Under the pieces are notes generated by a model. That model was not told the origin of the DNA. It worked only from the letters and a program-made list of their open reading frames with translations, and searched no databases. Shown here one piece after another: positions 1 through 10,145 of a DNA stretch of 64,000 nucleotides. Where the stretch lies: assembly GCA_051530055.1 (NCBI GenBank), contig CM121341.1, forward strand, positions 13,060,784 through 13,124,783, in the 5' to 3' direction. Source of the stretch: Neoechinorhynchus agilis (taxonomy: Eukaryota > Animalia > Acanthocephala). The position numbers and the translations under genes were made by a program. Numbering within the stretch: the stretch's first letter is position 1; the number at the start of each line of letters is the position of its first letter.

Positions 1-326
1 TTCAATGGGCGTCTGTCTATACAAATGGATTTTCTTTTGTTCTTCAGCTTTGATGTGAAAACCCATTTTGGGTACGTGCTGCCTAATGAAAATTGCGTCG
101 GACCACTGGCGTCCCACTCGATGACCAATTTCAGCAATGCTCCGAAAATCGTCGTCTGGATCACATTCGCCACTTCGTATCACTTCCGCCAACATGAGAT
201 CAAGAATGTATGAATTAACCAACTCGATACTCTTACAACTTCCAAGTGGTCGGTCCAGGGTCGACAGAGCGATAGACGTTTGCTTGGAGGATTGACTCGA
301 CATGGAAGGATCAACATGGGGCATGT
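1..326 (-). CDS. Partial coding exon running off the window edge; possible TRAPP Bet3-family subunit (TRAPPC6/Trs33-like)
   Basis: My own translation (not in the ORF track): TTTTCAG acceptor at 333-327, ATG at 324, open to position 1: MPHVDPSMSSQ...SYILDLMLAEVIRSGECDPDDDFRSIAEIGHRVGRQWSDAIF. The 'L..E...(~12)...I..IGHRVG' pattern resembles the TRAPPC6 N-terminal 'LHNEMV...LENMGFRVG' segment; the similarity is weak. Confidence 0.4.
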
Positions 327-907
327 CTGAAAATGCGAATTTTTCGTATAAATTGTCTAGTTTATTTTTTCATCAGAATTATAATAAAAGTAGTTTCATT
401 AACATACGTATCAAGTAGAAAATTCACAACCACCTAAAAAATATAAAATTTCGTCCTTAAGTTCAATATGATAAAAAAATCTTACAAGCAAATTATGTAC
501 CCTGCTCTGATAAAGTACTTAATTTAATACCCAAATATTATCGCTCCAACGGAAAAAAATCCCATTCGCCTGCTCATCACCGAGATATATTTTAAGTTTT
601 AAAATACCTGAAAAACAGGATAGAAAATTGTCAATATTACTAAGATAAAATGGATGAAATTTGGCCAAATATTTTCTTTTTGTTGAAATATAATTTGAAA
701 GGAATAAAAATAAACGTTCCCATTTGTGGTATCTTAACACAAGAACCCCAGTAGCAATATTAGCGGCTCGCAATCAAGCGATCCATTCAACGTTTTCTAC
801 TTTATAAAATAACTTACCAAAACCGAAAAATTTAAGAACAATTCAAAATTAATTCTAAACACGCAACGGAATGAATCCTGTTGCTGTGTTAATAGTGAAC
901 TTCTAAA

Positions 908-1548
908 TGAGAGGAGTTCGATAATCTCTAATTTAATAATGCCGACATGAAAATAAGTTAAGTTTAATTTAATTAGTTCGTAAGCGATATAAAAACTATA
1001 TGTGAAAGTCGTTTTATTGTTTGGTCATAACGTTCAGTAAAGCGACAACCTTGTAATAAAATTCGCTAATATCGATACTCTAACAATATAAATAAAAACA
1101 GCACAGTAGAAGTTCCCTAAAACTGGGGCTTACACTTTGCCAGTTGATAACAGTTTGGATAAGCGAACTTTACAACAAAATGAGACAACAAAAACGAAAA
1201 CAACGCAGCTAAAGTTATCGAAAACAGCGATCACAAAAAATGTCATGCAACTATGAGAGTTCGGTAATCTCTAATTTAATAATGCCGACATGAAAATAAG
1301 TTAAGTTTAATTTTATCAGTTCGTAAGCGATATAAAAACTATATGTGAAAGTCGTTTTATTGTTTGGTCATAACGTTCAGTAAAGCGACAACCTTGTAAT
1401 AAAATTCGCTAATATCGATACTCTAACAATATAAATAAAAACAGCACAGTAGAAGTTCCCTAAAACAGGGGTTTTTGGATAAGCGAACCTTACAAAAAAA
1501 CGCGACAATGCGAAAACAACGCAGCTCAAGTAATCGGAAACAGCGATC
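908..1548. repeat. Tandem duplication, ~343-bp period, two copies
   Basis: GAGTTCG(A/G)TAATCTCTAATTTAATAATGCCGACATG... starts at 914 and 1257; the copies are near-identical for ~210 bp and more diverged over the next ~100 bp. Confidence 0.9.
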
Positions 1549-1579
1549 GTAAATGAAGTGATGTAGCGTTTGCATGTTT

Positions 1580-1912
1580 CCATCATCATTAACTTTTGGT
1601 TTGTCCCTTCTTGTCCGGCTTATTTTTAGGCATAAAGCCAAACCAATTACATCAAAGAATTGAGGTTAAAAGTTTGTACATTCCGCTGGATTCTCAGATA
1701 CTTCCTGGAGGCGGGACTTATCAGTGAGTTTCCTCCCTTCAGCGGTATTTCGTCCCCTTTGGCTGTGCATCATTGGCGGTAACGGATTCGAACCACTTGA
1801 TCCCTAATCGGAATCATGGGCATTAGTCCACTTACCACCTGGTAAGGTGGACTAATGTCCGAATTTAATGATGATGAAAACAAAACCGGCTTGCCAGTAA
1901 AATTTAAAAATA
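1580..1912 (-). mobile_element. tRNA-headed SINE-like element with rearranged hammerhead motif, copy A (3' terminus inverted; 12-bp TSD)
   Basis: On the minus strand: partial box A, box B GGTTCGAATCC (1794-1784), ribozyme-like block (1757-1688), then tail. The tail terminus ATGATGAT...CCGGCTTGCCAGTAAAA...TAG lies on the plus strand at 1868-1913. Flanked by GTTTGCATGTTT (1568-1579) and GTTTACATGTTT (1913-1924). Confidence 0.8.
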
Positions 1913-1988
1913 GTTTACATGTTTGATGTAAGATACGAAAGAATCAAGGTACCGCGCATTCGCGTCAAATCTCTTTAAGGTCCACTCA

Positions 1989-4900
1989 ATGCTTGATCCA
2001 GATCTGCCTTTAAAGCACCGATTTCGTTTGTGTTCGGTTGGTCAACTTACGGGTGTTCGACATATAAGCCTGAATATTTCGAATGAGAGATTCGCAGTTA
2101 CTCGGACGAATGGACTTGTCGAAGTGTGGTCGTTCATGAAGGAAATTCGATCAAATACTGTGTTTCTTTATTCCCTTCGCTCAATTAGATCCGAATATCA
2201 GGCACATTTCTGTCTTTGGAGATCGGATTCAAATTTGGTGGCATGCACCTTAGACGGTGTTTGTATTGAGGTTGATGTGAACTTGGACAAAAAGGTGAAT
2301 CTGTTTACGTTACTCCAAAAGTTCTTTTTCTTGTGTTTTTTGGCAACTTCTTTTGCTTTCTGGTTTAATACTTTATAATTTTTCTGGATACGTTCTAATC
2401 GTCGAATTTATGGTTATCTCCAAGGCTGGACTTTGATATTTATGCTCTTTTTTAGAAAAATTACGTTTGGTATAATAGTCACCTTCGTGCTGAATTATTC
2501 GAATAGTTGATCCGGGGCAAATTCTTTTATTATGCCATATAACTGGTGAGCGATGCCTCTGTTGTGTGTAAACGAAAAAAATATGATTCGCTTTCTTAAA
2601 AAAAACTTTTAGTTATTTCGAGGCTTAAATCTGTAGAACCGCTTTCCAAAAATTTAATGCGCTCACAAACATGAATCTTTTTAAATTGGTAAAATAAGGT
2701 CTTCGTATTTTCGCTGAAAAATTATGTCATAATTAAAATAATCACATCAAGAAGATCCTTCGGGATGGTAAATATTGAATGGTGGTGAACATAATCCCCC
2801 GGCTAAAGATTCCTTTATTATTGGGAAATATTTCGAAAGAGGAAACCTCGCCTCATCAGTCATCATTGAAAATAAATTTAATCGACTAGATCTGTAGTAC
2901 GCGAGATTCAAGTGTATCTTAATTTTTTGCCATTTCTATGTGCTACCTTAGAGCTTACCTTTGTTTAAATATGTTTTTAAGCGATGACTCGACCGAAAAT
3001 AAAGTTTTCTAAGAATTTTAAGGTCAAAAAGGTTTGGAAATTCGCCTTATAGGCTTAGAGTAGAATGCGATTTTGAATTTTTTGTTACATCATTGGCAAA
3101 TTAGTCTTATAAAAGAGAACTTTTGTTTTAGGTGGTCGTGCATTTCACGCTGGTCATCTTTTAACTCCAGATTCAATGGTTCTTGCTTGTGAAGACGGTA
3201 CGTTAGTGGAATACGATCTCAATGAAGGATCCATGCAATCACTTATGATACAATCTGCGAACCCGTTAGTGAGTGTACGGGCAACGCCGAATGGAACTGT
3301 AATTGCTTCTGGGAGTTTCGGTAGCGTTTTTCTGAAAAGGATGGGATGCGAGCAGCGCAGAATGCGTATAACGCCGGACGATTGCGTTGTTTGGTGCTGT
3401 GATTTCTTGGACGACTCCCTGATGGTATGCGGCGACTCGCTGGGTCGAGTTCATTTAATAGACGTTGAAATGGATGAAATCATTGCCACTATTCAGGCTT
3501 TGCGATCTCACGTGATGACTTTAGCAGTCGATCAAAATGAACATCTTATCTATTGTACTGGTGTTGATCCAATCGTGAACATTCTGACTTGCACTGAGCA
3601 AGGAACTTTAAGTTTCGTTGGATTCCTTGATCCCGTTGAATGTGACGTTCTCTCGATGGTATTCGTGAAACATGAGGCAGGTGCTGTCAGAGGCTACCTG
3701 ATCTATGGCGGATTGGATACTCTTATACATGTTCGATCAGTCGGTAAGCTTCTCAAACGTAGACATGGACCAATGGCTGTAAAAAACTCGGTTGAGATAA
3801 TGCTAGACCAACCTAGATCATCCATTTTTCGTGCCTCGGGTCCTTATGTAGCCTATAAATCATCTCAAGAATGCCTTCAGATTTGGACAGTTTGTCCCGA
3901 AAAGCCACAATATGTTTGTCAACTTAAATCCATTAATAACGCTATGATTATCGATTTCGACATACGATTCGGTATGGATAAGACCCTTTATGTCGCCTAT
4001 TGCACACACGATGGAAGATTGCGACTATTCGGGGGTAGAGTTGAAGGTGATCAGAAATTGCTTTATGTATGTCAACCGTTGGAAGCCAATCGGGATTCCA
4101 CAATTGCCGACGTAAAGAAAGTTCGCTTTTGTAAAGAAAATTCAATTCTCTGTATTGCCCGATACGATAATTCAATATTTTCTTTAAATTAAAGGCACGA
4201 GCTACTGATCATTTTTCTGCGGAGTATTTTTTATTGACTTAGTCTTTAAGAGTGCCCGTTTAATTTCCCTGATTTCTGAAGCTTTCGTTGTATTTTTCTG
4301 ATTGATTACCAAAACACATGAATTTTTTAAGTCTTCCAAAAATGGTGTGTGACATGGAAAATTGTGGAGCTACTCAGCTATTTTTCCGAAAATTGTGAAA
4401 TCTTATTCGTCGTCGAATAACGATTAAAACAATTTGCTTTCTATTTACCTAATGATTGTGAAATTTTGTTCAACGAATTTGCTTCGATTCGAATTAATTT
4501 TCTAAAAACTGATTAGTTTTGATCATAAAGACGAGTAGAGCACCCGACGCCTTATTGTTTACTTAAAATTTCTGCAATAAATTGCCTTATAAAACATTGA
4601 CAAAAAACCACAGACACGCCAATATGCTTCCGCACTCTCAAAAACAGTTCAAAAAGTAGTTTTATCATTTACATTGAATCGCTCAAACTTTACTATGAGT
4701 AAATGATCATTTACTCGTGCCAAATACCGACTTTTCTGGCATCATTAAAATCGGAAAATGTAAAAAAAACATTGTTTTAATTTCGTTTTCTCCCTCTGGT
4801 CAATACATTGCTTGTGTCCAATCTGATGAAAGAATTTCCGTTTTTGACGCTTTAAATGCAACGAAACTATTCAAGTGGAAAAGAGACAATCCTGTTCCAG

Positions 4901-5361
4901 TCGTGGATGTTGTGTTCAACGGTTCGAACGATCGTTTGGCGATTTTCTCTTTCGATTATGTTGTAAATGAACTTGACTTGTCCACTGGTTGTGAGAAGGA
5001 CTGGTCAAAACGAAACCGACATTGCTGGCCTTCTGCCCATAAAACGCGATCGGGGATGATGCTCGGTGGTGTTTATGATCACAATGACAATATATTGCTT
5101 TATTCGAAAAAAATCGTGCGATTGCTCGATATGAAGCGTGAAAAAGAACTAAATGCTATCGTTGGAGAAAATGGTTTTGTACAACATGCACCCAGCGATC
5201 AGAATCTGCATTGCTTTCATTCAATCGACCGGCAATGGCAGGATGTGATGTTTAGGCACTTCTTCGAAAAGGATGGGGGGTTTCATTTATTGTTGTGTGA
5301 GATTGATTCGGTATCGATTGGTGATTCCTTGCCCCCAGTCGCTAAATTTAAAATTACTTAA
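1989..5361 (+). CDS. UTP4: U3 snoRNP / SSU processome WD40 protein UTP4 (cirhin), multi-exon (approx. 1989-2294, 3132-~4110/4190, ~4700-5361)
   Basis: N-terminal HRFRL...GVRHISLN...RFAVTRTNGLVEVW matches UTP4 HRVRF...GIRCVAYN...RLAVSRTDGTVEIY; also LACEDG, CVVWCCDFLDD..VCGDSLG, EKDWSKR (cf. YTDWSR) and C-terminal SLPPVAKFKIT (cf. LPPPIKKKKFGT). Donor AAG|GTGAAT at 2294/2295 and acceptor TTTTAG at 3131. Exact internal junctions are unresolved. Confidence 0.85.
2790..2868 (-). ncRNA. Degenerate hammerhead-like motif, second family (canonical strand order), inside the UTP4 intron
   Basis: Minus strand reads TGATGA-CTGATGA-GGCGAGG-TTT-CCTCTTTC-GAAA-TATTTCCC. It is homologous to 60305-60393; stem II is partly decayed. 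Confidence 0.3.
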
Positions 5362-5622
5362 TTGTTTCTCTAAGTGATTGGGTTTAGTTGAGGTGATTCT
5401 AAGGCTTCATGGGAAAACTAAAAGTGCCGCACTCAGATCCGATTGGATTTCTTTTGATATCACCGAAAATTGTCATGCCGTTTTATTAATAGCAATTTTA
5501 CGTCTTATTATAAGTGGGATGTTGCGATGTTTCAAAACTTTAAAGAGTATTTGTTGATGCCAATAAAATTTTGCTCTAAAATTAATTACTTATCACATTT
5601 TCATTTGGTAGATACTATCGGT

Positions 5623-5901
5623 ATGTCAAACTCAAACGAAGATTTGTTAGAAACGAGTGGTGTTCAAAATACTGCGAATATTTCGACATTTACTTGGGAC
5701 TTGGTACCACCCTTAGAGGATATTCAGCCTGTAGTACTTAGTGATTTTAAAATTGGTAACGATAGGAAAAGCGAAAGCGATTCACCTCTAGTAACTGCTA
5801 AGGAAGCTACGGTTGAACAAAAGGTCGAAGAAACATCTGAACGAGTAGGAAGAAAAGCAAAAAGAGGAGCAAATAGCTTTGAAAAAATTAAGTCGACCTG
5901 A
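5623..5901 (+). CDS. Hypothetical small charged protein or exon (92 aa from ATG 5623)
   Basis: Distal part of ORF 5470-5901 (MSNSNEDLLETSG...TWDLVPPLEDIQP...RKAKRG) has protein-like composition, with a possible acceptor TTTGGTAG just upstream. No recognisable family. Confidence 0.35.
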   Translation: MSNSNEDLLETSGVQNTANISTFTWDLVPPLEDIQPVVLSDFKIGNDRKSESDSPLVTAKEATVEQKVEETSERVGRKAKRGANSFEKIKST

Positions 5902-6194
5902 ATACCATCACAATCAATCAACCCTTAGTATCATTCCTGTCATGATACGCCTTCTCCCCCCGCTCATCATACCTCGCCGATCTTAATTCAACCCATCGTG
6001 TCATGCACTCCTCTATCAAGGACATAAATCGCACCATATTTATTACGTTTTTTGAAGACTGGTCAGCCGGTAACTTTTTATTAAGTATCAATTTGCGGCA
6101 TTTTTCCACGGCTGATAATTTTACCTTGAGCACACGGCCCACCGATCTGGCTCAGGGAACCGCATAAAATCACTTAATACCCTGAAACATACGG

Positions 6195-6360
6195 TGTGTC
6201 GAGGTGGTCAAGTGGACTAATGTCCTTGATCCCAGTTAAGGGTCAACTGGTTCGAATCCGTTACCGCTAATGACGCACAACCAAAGAGACGAAATACCGC
6301 TGAAGGGAGGAAACTCACTGATGAGTCCCGCCTACTGGAGGTATCTGAGGATCCGGAGCG
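6195..6360 (+). mobile_element. tRNA-headed SINE-like element, copy B (head plus intact hammerhead core, no tail)
   Basis: Box A TGGTCAAGTGG (6205-6215), box B GGTTCGAATCC (6249-6259); colinear with 62944-63110 and with the reverse complement of 1683-1840. Confidence 0.85.
6286..6354 (+). ncRNA. Putative non-circularly permuted hammerhead ribozyme; predicted cleavage AUC| between 6345 and 6346
   Basis: GAGAC(6286-90) GAAA(6291-94) TACC(6295-98) ... CTCA(6314-17) CTGATGA(6318-24) GTCCC(6325-29) ... GGTAT(6340-44) C(6345) TGAG(6346-49). Stems II, III and I all pair in the correct register around the core, and stem I extends with GGA/TCC. Confidence 0.7.
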
Positions 6361-6429
6361 CGAAATATTTCCAATAAATCAAAATCAAATGTGCTATTAA
6401 CGGAATTATTATCACCAAAATAATACTTT

Positions 6430-6850
6430 GACTAACCCGAATGATTTTTTATCGATGATTCTTCGTATTGTTGAACTCCTTCGCTCACACTCTCCAAATT
6501 TTACTGCAACTTTATTTTACACTCCCTCACCTACCGCTATTCCGTCTTTTGAAACCTATGCGTTTGTTAGATTTTCAACAAACAATCAAAACGCCTCTCA
6601 ACCCCACCGGCACAATTTTTACTACATTTTATTCCCCTTTTCACATTCCAATTCCTTTCATCCTCCTATACCTCGCACCTCCCTCTACCTCAGCTGCTTT
6701 TTCCATACCGCTAAATCTTTTGGAATCTCATGACCCAATATTACCCGGAGGAAAGACCCTGCCTCGCAAACTCTCCTGAAAACAATAACCACGAACTTTC
6801 CTTGGATGTTCCCACCCGACCGAACTCGTAATTTACTCCAAAATCATCTC
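6430..6850 (+). pseudogene. Decayed C-rich repeat-derived coding remnant, possibly a LINE apurinic-type endonuclease fragment
   Basis: Overlapping frameshifted ORFs give FILLYLAPP...ILPGG(K)DP...PDRTRN, loosely like IYRPP / GDFN / PTR motifs. A diverged second copy of 6765-6850 lies on the minus strand at ~14350-14470 (IPTERTRNPPQN). Confidence 0.3.
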
Positions 6851-6879
6851 AATTTTCAGATATTCCATCATCCGTCTTA

Positions 6880-7239
6880 ATGGCGTTGCAGCAAAAGCGA
6901 CTTAATATCCGCCTTCCACCTGAAGTGAATCGAATTCTCTACGTTCGAAATTTGCCGTTTAAAATAACTTCAGATGAAATGTATGATATATTTGGTAAGT
7001 ACGGCGCGATTCGTCAAATCCGGCTCGGTAACACTCCTGAGACTCGGGGAACTGCCTTCGTCGTCTATGAAGATATTTTTGACGCGAAAAACGCATGTGA
7101 TCACTTGAGTGGATTTAACGTCTGTAACCGGTACTTGGTCGTTCTTTATTACCAAGCAACCAAAGTATTTCGTGATCCGACTGATCTAGAAAAGATGAGA
7201 GTGGAGTTGGAGAAGACAAGAAGTAAATATGGAGTCTAG
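6880..7239 (+). CDS. SF3B6: Splicing factor 3B subunit 6 (p14, branch-site RRM protein), intronless
   Basis: [84 protein letters not shown] is nearly identical to known p14 sequences. Confidence 0.97.
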   Translation: MALQQKRLNIRLPPEVNRILYVRNLPFKITSDEMYDIFGKYGAIRQIRLGNTPETRGTAFVVYEDIFDAKNACDHLSGFNVCNRYLVVLYYQATKVFRDPTDLEKMRVELEKTRSKYGV

Positions 7240-7454
7240 TAGTTGGAAAATTGTGTTATGATCAGTACGCTTAAAAATATCAGGCGCTCGTCGATTTATA
7301 TCTTTTTCAACAATAGGAGGATTGATTTTGATTTAGACTGGTTAATTTTTTAGTCTTAATAGCGATCTCGAGGGTTGCAAAGGTAAGTCTAGCGATTTGC
7401 GAATCAAGCTGGTAAAAGATAACGTTTGTTAAGATGTCCCATTTATCGTCTATA

Positions 7455-7797
7455 AATGTCGAAATATCCACACATTTAAAACTTAATTTTGAGGCACCAC
7501 AGAAACTAAGCCCACCAATTTTTGTGAATTAGAACGATAATGCGAAAATAGATTTATGTTCATTGTTATAATTTCATTACTTTATAGTTCAATAATCGAT
7601 TTAAGTGAATTTCGTCGGTAACAAAGTCAACGCTTCGTGCCAAACGAACTAATTCCAAATTTCAGCATGAATGTAGAAATATCCGCACCTTTAAAATTCG
7701 ATTCTAAATCGCCACAGATACTAAGTCCACCGATTTTTATGAATTTGGGAGATAAAACGAAAATAAATTTAAGTTCATTATTATAATTTCATTACTT
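7455..7797. repeat. Diverged direct duplication of ~130 bp (7455-7582 and 7671-7797)
   Basis: Shared blocks ATGT.GAAATATCC.CAC.TTTAAAA, CCACAGA.ACTAAG.CCACC.ATTTTT.TGAATT and GTTCATT.TTATAATTTCATTACTT. Confidence 0.7.
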
Positions 7798-7869
7798 ATG
7801 GATGTTCCTGAACAAGTATTAATGAAGTCAACGCCTTATACCAAATGTCCCAATGCCAAATTTAAGATA

Positions 7870-8478
7870 ATGAATAACTTGCTTCGTTCAGTCGTACAAT
7901 CAAGTCTCCTGTCATTACGGCGTTATAATCATCCTCATTACAGACACAAAATATGCGTTCCGCAAAAATACATCTCCGAAAGCGTCACCACTCCGTATCC
8001 AATATGCTATCTTCAGCGTCTTACAATTTGCCTTTGCAAAGAATCCAACTCAAGTGTTTTTGCACGTTCATTCGTTACTGAACGCCTTGTGGATATTGCT
8101 CAAAAACATCCACAAGTCGTGTTCTACGTACAACCTCGACGACATCATGCCCCGAAGCTTATTGCGGAATATTTGGACGGTCACCAGCAAACTGTTCAAA
8201 TTTTAAGCGAGTTTACCGAAGATCGGATTTCAGAGTGGATTGATTTTCTCATTATGAGGCAGGGACATGATATCGTAGAATTTCTGAAAGATCAACATAC
8301 TGATCATCCATCGTGTCAGTCGATGTGGAATCCATATACATTTGCAGATACACGCGATGCACTTAGACAGTTTCCGGATCCCGAGCTTGTGACAGATAAG
8401 GAATGTCCTCCAAGTGCTGACCAAATGGTCATTGAATTGTTCAAACAGCAACAAGAAAAGTCAATGGAATCCAAATGA
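7870..8478 (+). CDS. MRPL43: Mitochondrial ribosomal protein L43
   Basis: LQRLTICLCKESNSSVFARSFVTERLVDIAQKHPQVVFYVQPRRHHAPKLIAEYLDG and QHTDHPSCQSMWNPYT match mL43 motifs. The upstream in-frame ATG at 7798 sits at the end of a repeat, so ATG 7870 is the likelier start. Confidence 0.88.
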   Translation: MNNLLRSVVQSSLLSLRRYNHPHYRHKICVPQKYISESVTTPYPICYLQRLTICLCKESNSSVFARSFVTERLVDIAQKHPQVVFYVQPRRHHAPKLIAEYLDGHQQTVQILSEFTEDRISEWIDFLIMRQGHDIVEFLKDQHTDHPSCQSMWNPYTFADTRDALRQFPDPELVTDKECPPSADQMVIELFKQQQEKSMESK

Positions 8479-9347
8479 ATGTACTTTTTTAAGATAGTTA
8501 ATATTGCAATATCGGAGTTGTAATTAATTTTAGTACGTGTTATTTGTTTCATTCTCAAAATCAAATCAGTCAATTTCCGCGCATCACAATTTATATTCTC
8601 GTTTGTCAAGTTGATCAGCCGATTATTGAGTGAAATTCAAAATTGTGAATACTGAATCTTGAATTTGGCTGTTGTGATTGGCTACTTTATTTCAAAAATA
8701 GGCTAATCAGAATAAAAACTGCCAAAGAAAATGCGAGGTTAAATCATTCCGACTTCCTAAAACAATAGAATCTAAAGCGACTGAGTTTTCAAATATATTC
8801 CCGTAAATAATAGAGTTATGCGACTCAATGACGAACGTGGAACCGTTCATGGTATCAAGTGGTAACCAATCGGTCTTAACTTATAAGTTTTAAATAGCAT
8901 CTCTCCTTAATAGTAGATATCGCAATATTATGAAGCATTGACGAAAATGATTACGTTATCATTACGCCTGTAGTCAACGAGTTTAGCCTGTCGAGTCAAC
9001 AATCAAAGAGTTTAAATGCGCAAGTATTGAAAATGGCGAATTAATCACCAAATAAAAAATTCACAAACATAATAATCATCGTTTTGTGGCACTTTGCAAT
9101 TTGCATTCATTCAATGGAACGTAGACGCAACATTCCGAACAAAACCGCATTTACATCCCTTGCTTAATACCAATGGGATCTTTATTCTGTATGCGACATA
9201 ATCATATTTTTTAAAGCGTACCATTAAGAACAAAGATCCATTTCCGTTTATTATTTTAAGATGATTTAGTCAGAAATAACATTTTAGTCTCGCACATTCA
9301 CCAGCACTCATTCTGTTTAAGGTTTTCTCTCTCTATTGAACAGCATT

Positions 9348-10145
9348 TCATCGCCGATGAATCTGCTTCACTGGTAGTTTTTGTTCATTGATAAATAAAG
9401 TGATAGGAAGAACGTCTGGAACGATTGAATGGTACATTACGAGACGGTGTAGAGAATCGAAATAGTGTTGAGAACCCTATGCCGATTTAAGGCTTCAAAC
9501 TAAATCGATTATGATTAGAAGAGAGATACTTACTTGAATGCAGAATCCGTTTGCATCTTTATCGACTTTATAATGTAAAACCCTTGCTGAACAAAGATAT
9601 TCTGGTACTCGGACTGAAAGTATATGGGTGTTTCTGAATCTCCAAACGACGAAAACTCCACTACACTTGGATTTTCGAAGTCCGTTAGACACTTCCACAA
9701 AGATGTCTCTTGATGAGTATTGAGGTGATCGCTGCTGGTGGTGGTGATGATGATGATGAACTGGATTCGTGGTTCGGTATGTGTTGTTCCTTGAGTGGCA
9801 GTATTTGCTGACCGATGATGCGATTGTTCTACATGAGTTGCAGCAACTCAATTTCTCGGTATAGTCTAATTGTGGTGATGGATTGAACGCAATGCCTGCA
9901 TGTGATGAGTTGTAAGTGGGGATCTTCATGATGTTCTCTAGTAGAACATTCGTGTAACGTAGATCTTGATCTCCAGCAATCTTTCTAAAAAACATGAATT
10001 CAACATGAAACGACGACTCCATTAAAAACAAACGAATCAGACATGTACTAATAAAATCAAGAAATTGCGTTAAACTCGGTTCACGCCCGTTCTCATCAAC
10101 AGACCGAGAGTGCAGGTTAAAAGAGAAAAGAGTTTTTGATTTCAA
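9348..10145 (-). CDS. SH2-domain protein (C-terminal SH2 resembling RIN/SH2D5-type domains); 5' exons unresolved, probably extending to ~10500
   Basis: Splicing a phase-0 57-nt intron (GTAAGT donor 9533, ATAG acceptor 9477) gives GVFVVWRFRNTHILSVRVPEY...VLHYKVDKDANGFCIQ|GSQHYFDSLHRLVMYHSIVPDVLPITL, a typical SH2 pattern; stop at 9350-9348. A His7 tract precedes the domain. Confidence 0.7.

Noticed and set aside
5918-6142. 74-aa minus-strand ORF, and AT-rich ORFs 519-773, 1377-1641, 11229-11420, 14669-14890
   Set aside because: Short, with no motifs; several overlap repeats or low-complexity intergenic DNA.
6197-6270. Functional tRNA genes at 6197, 62946 and ~1840
   Set aside because: Boxes A and B are good, but there is no 7-bp acceptor stem or canonical anticodon arm, and the loop sequence differs between copies. 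They are treated as SINE heads.
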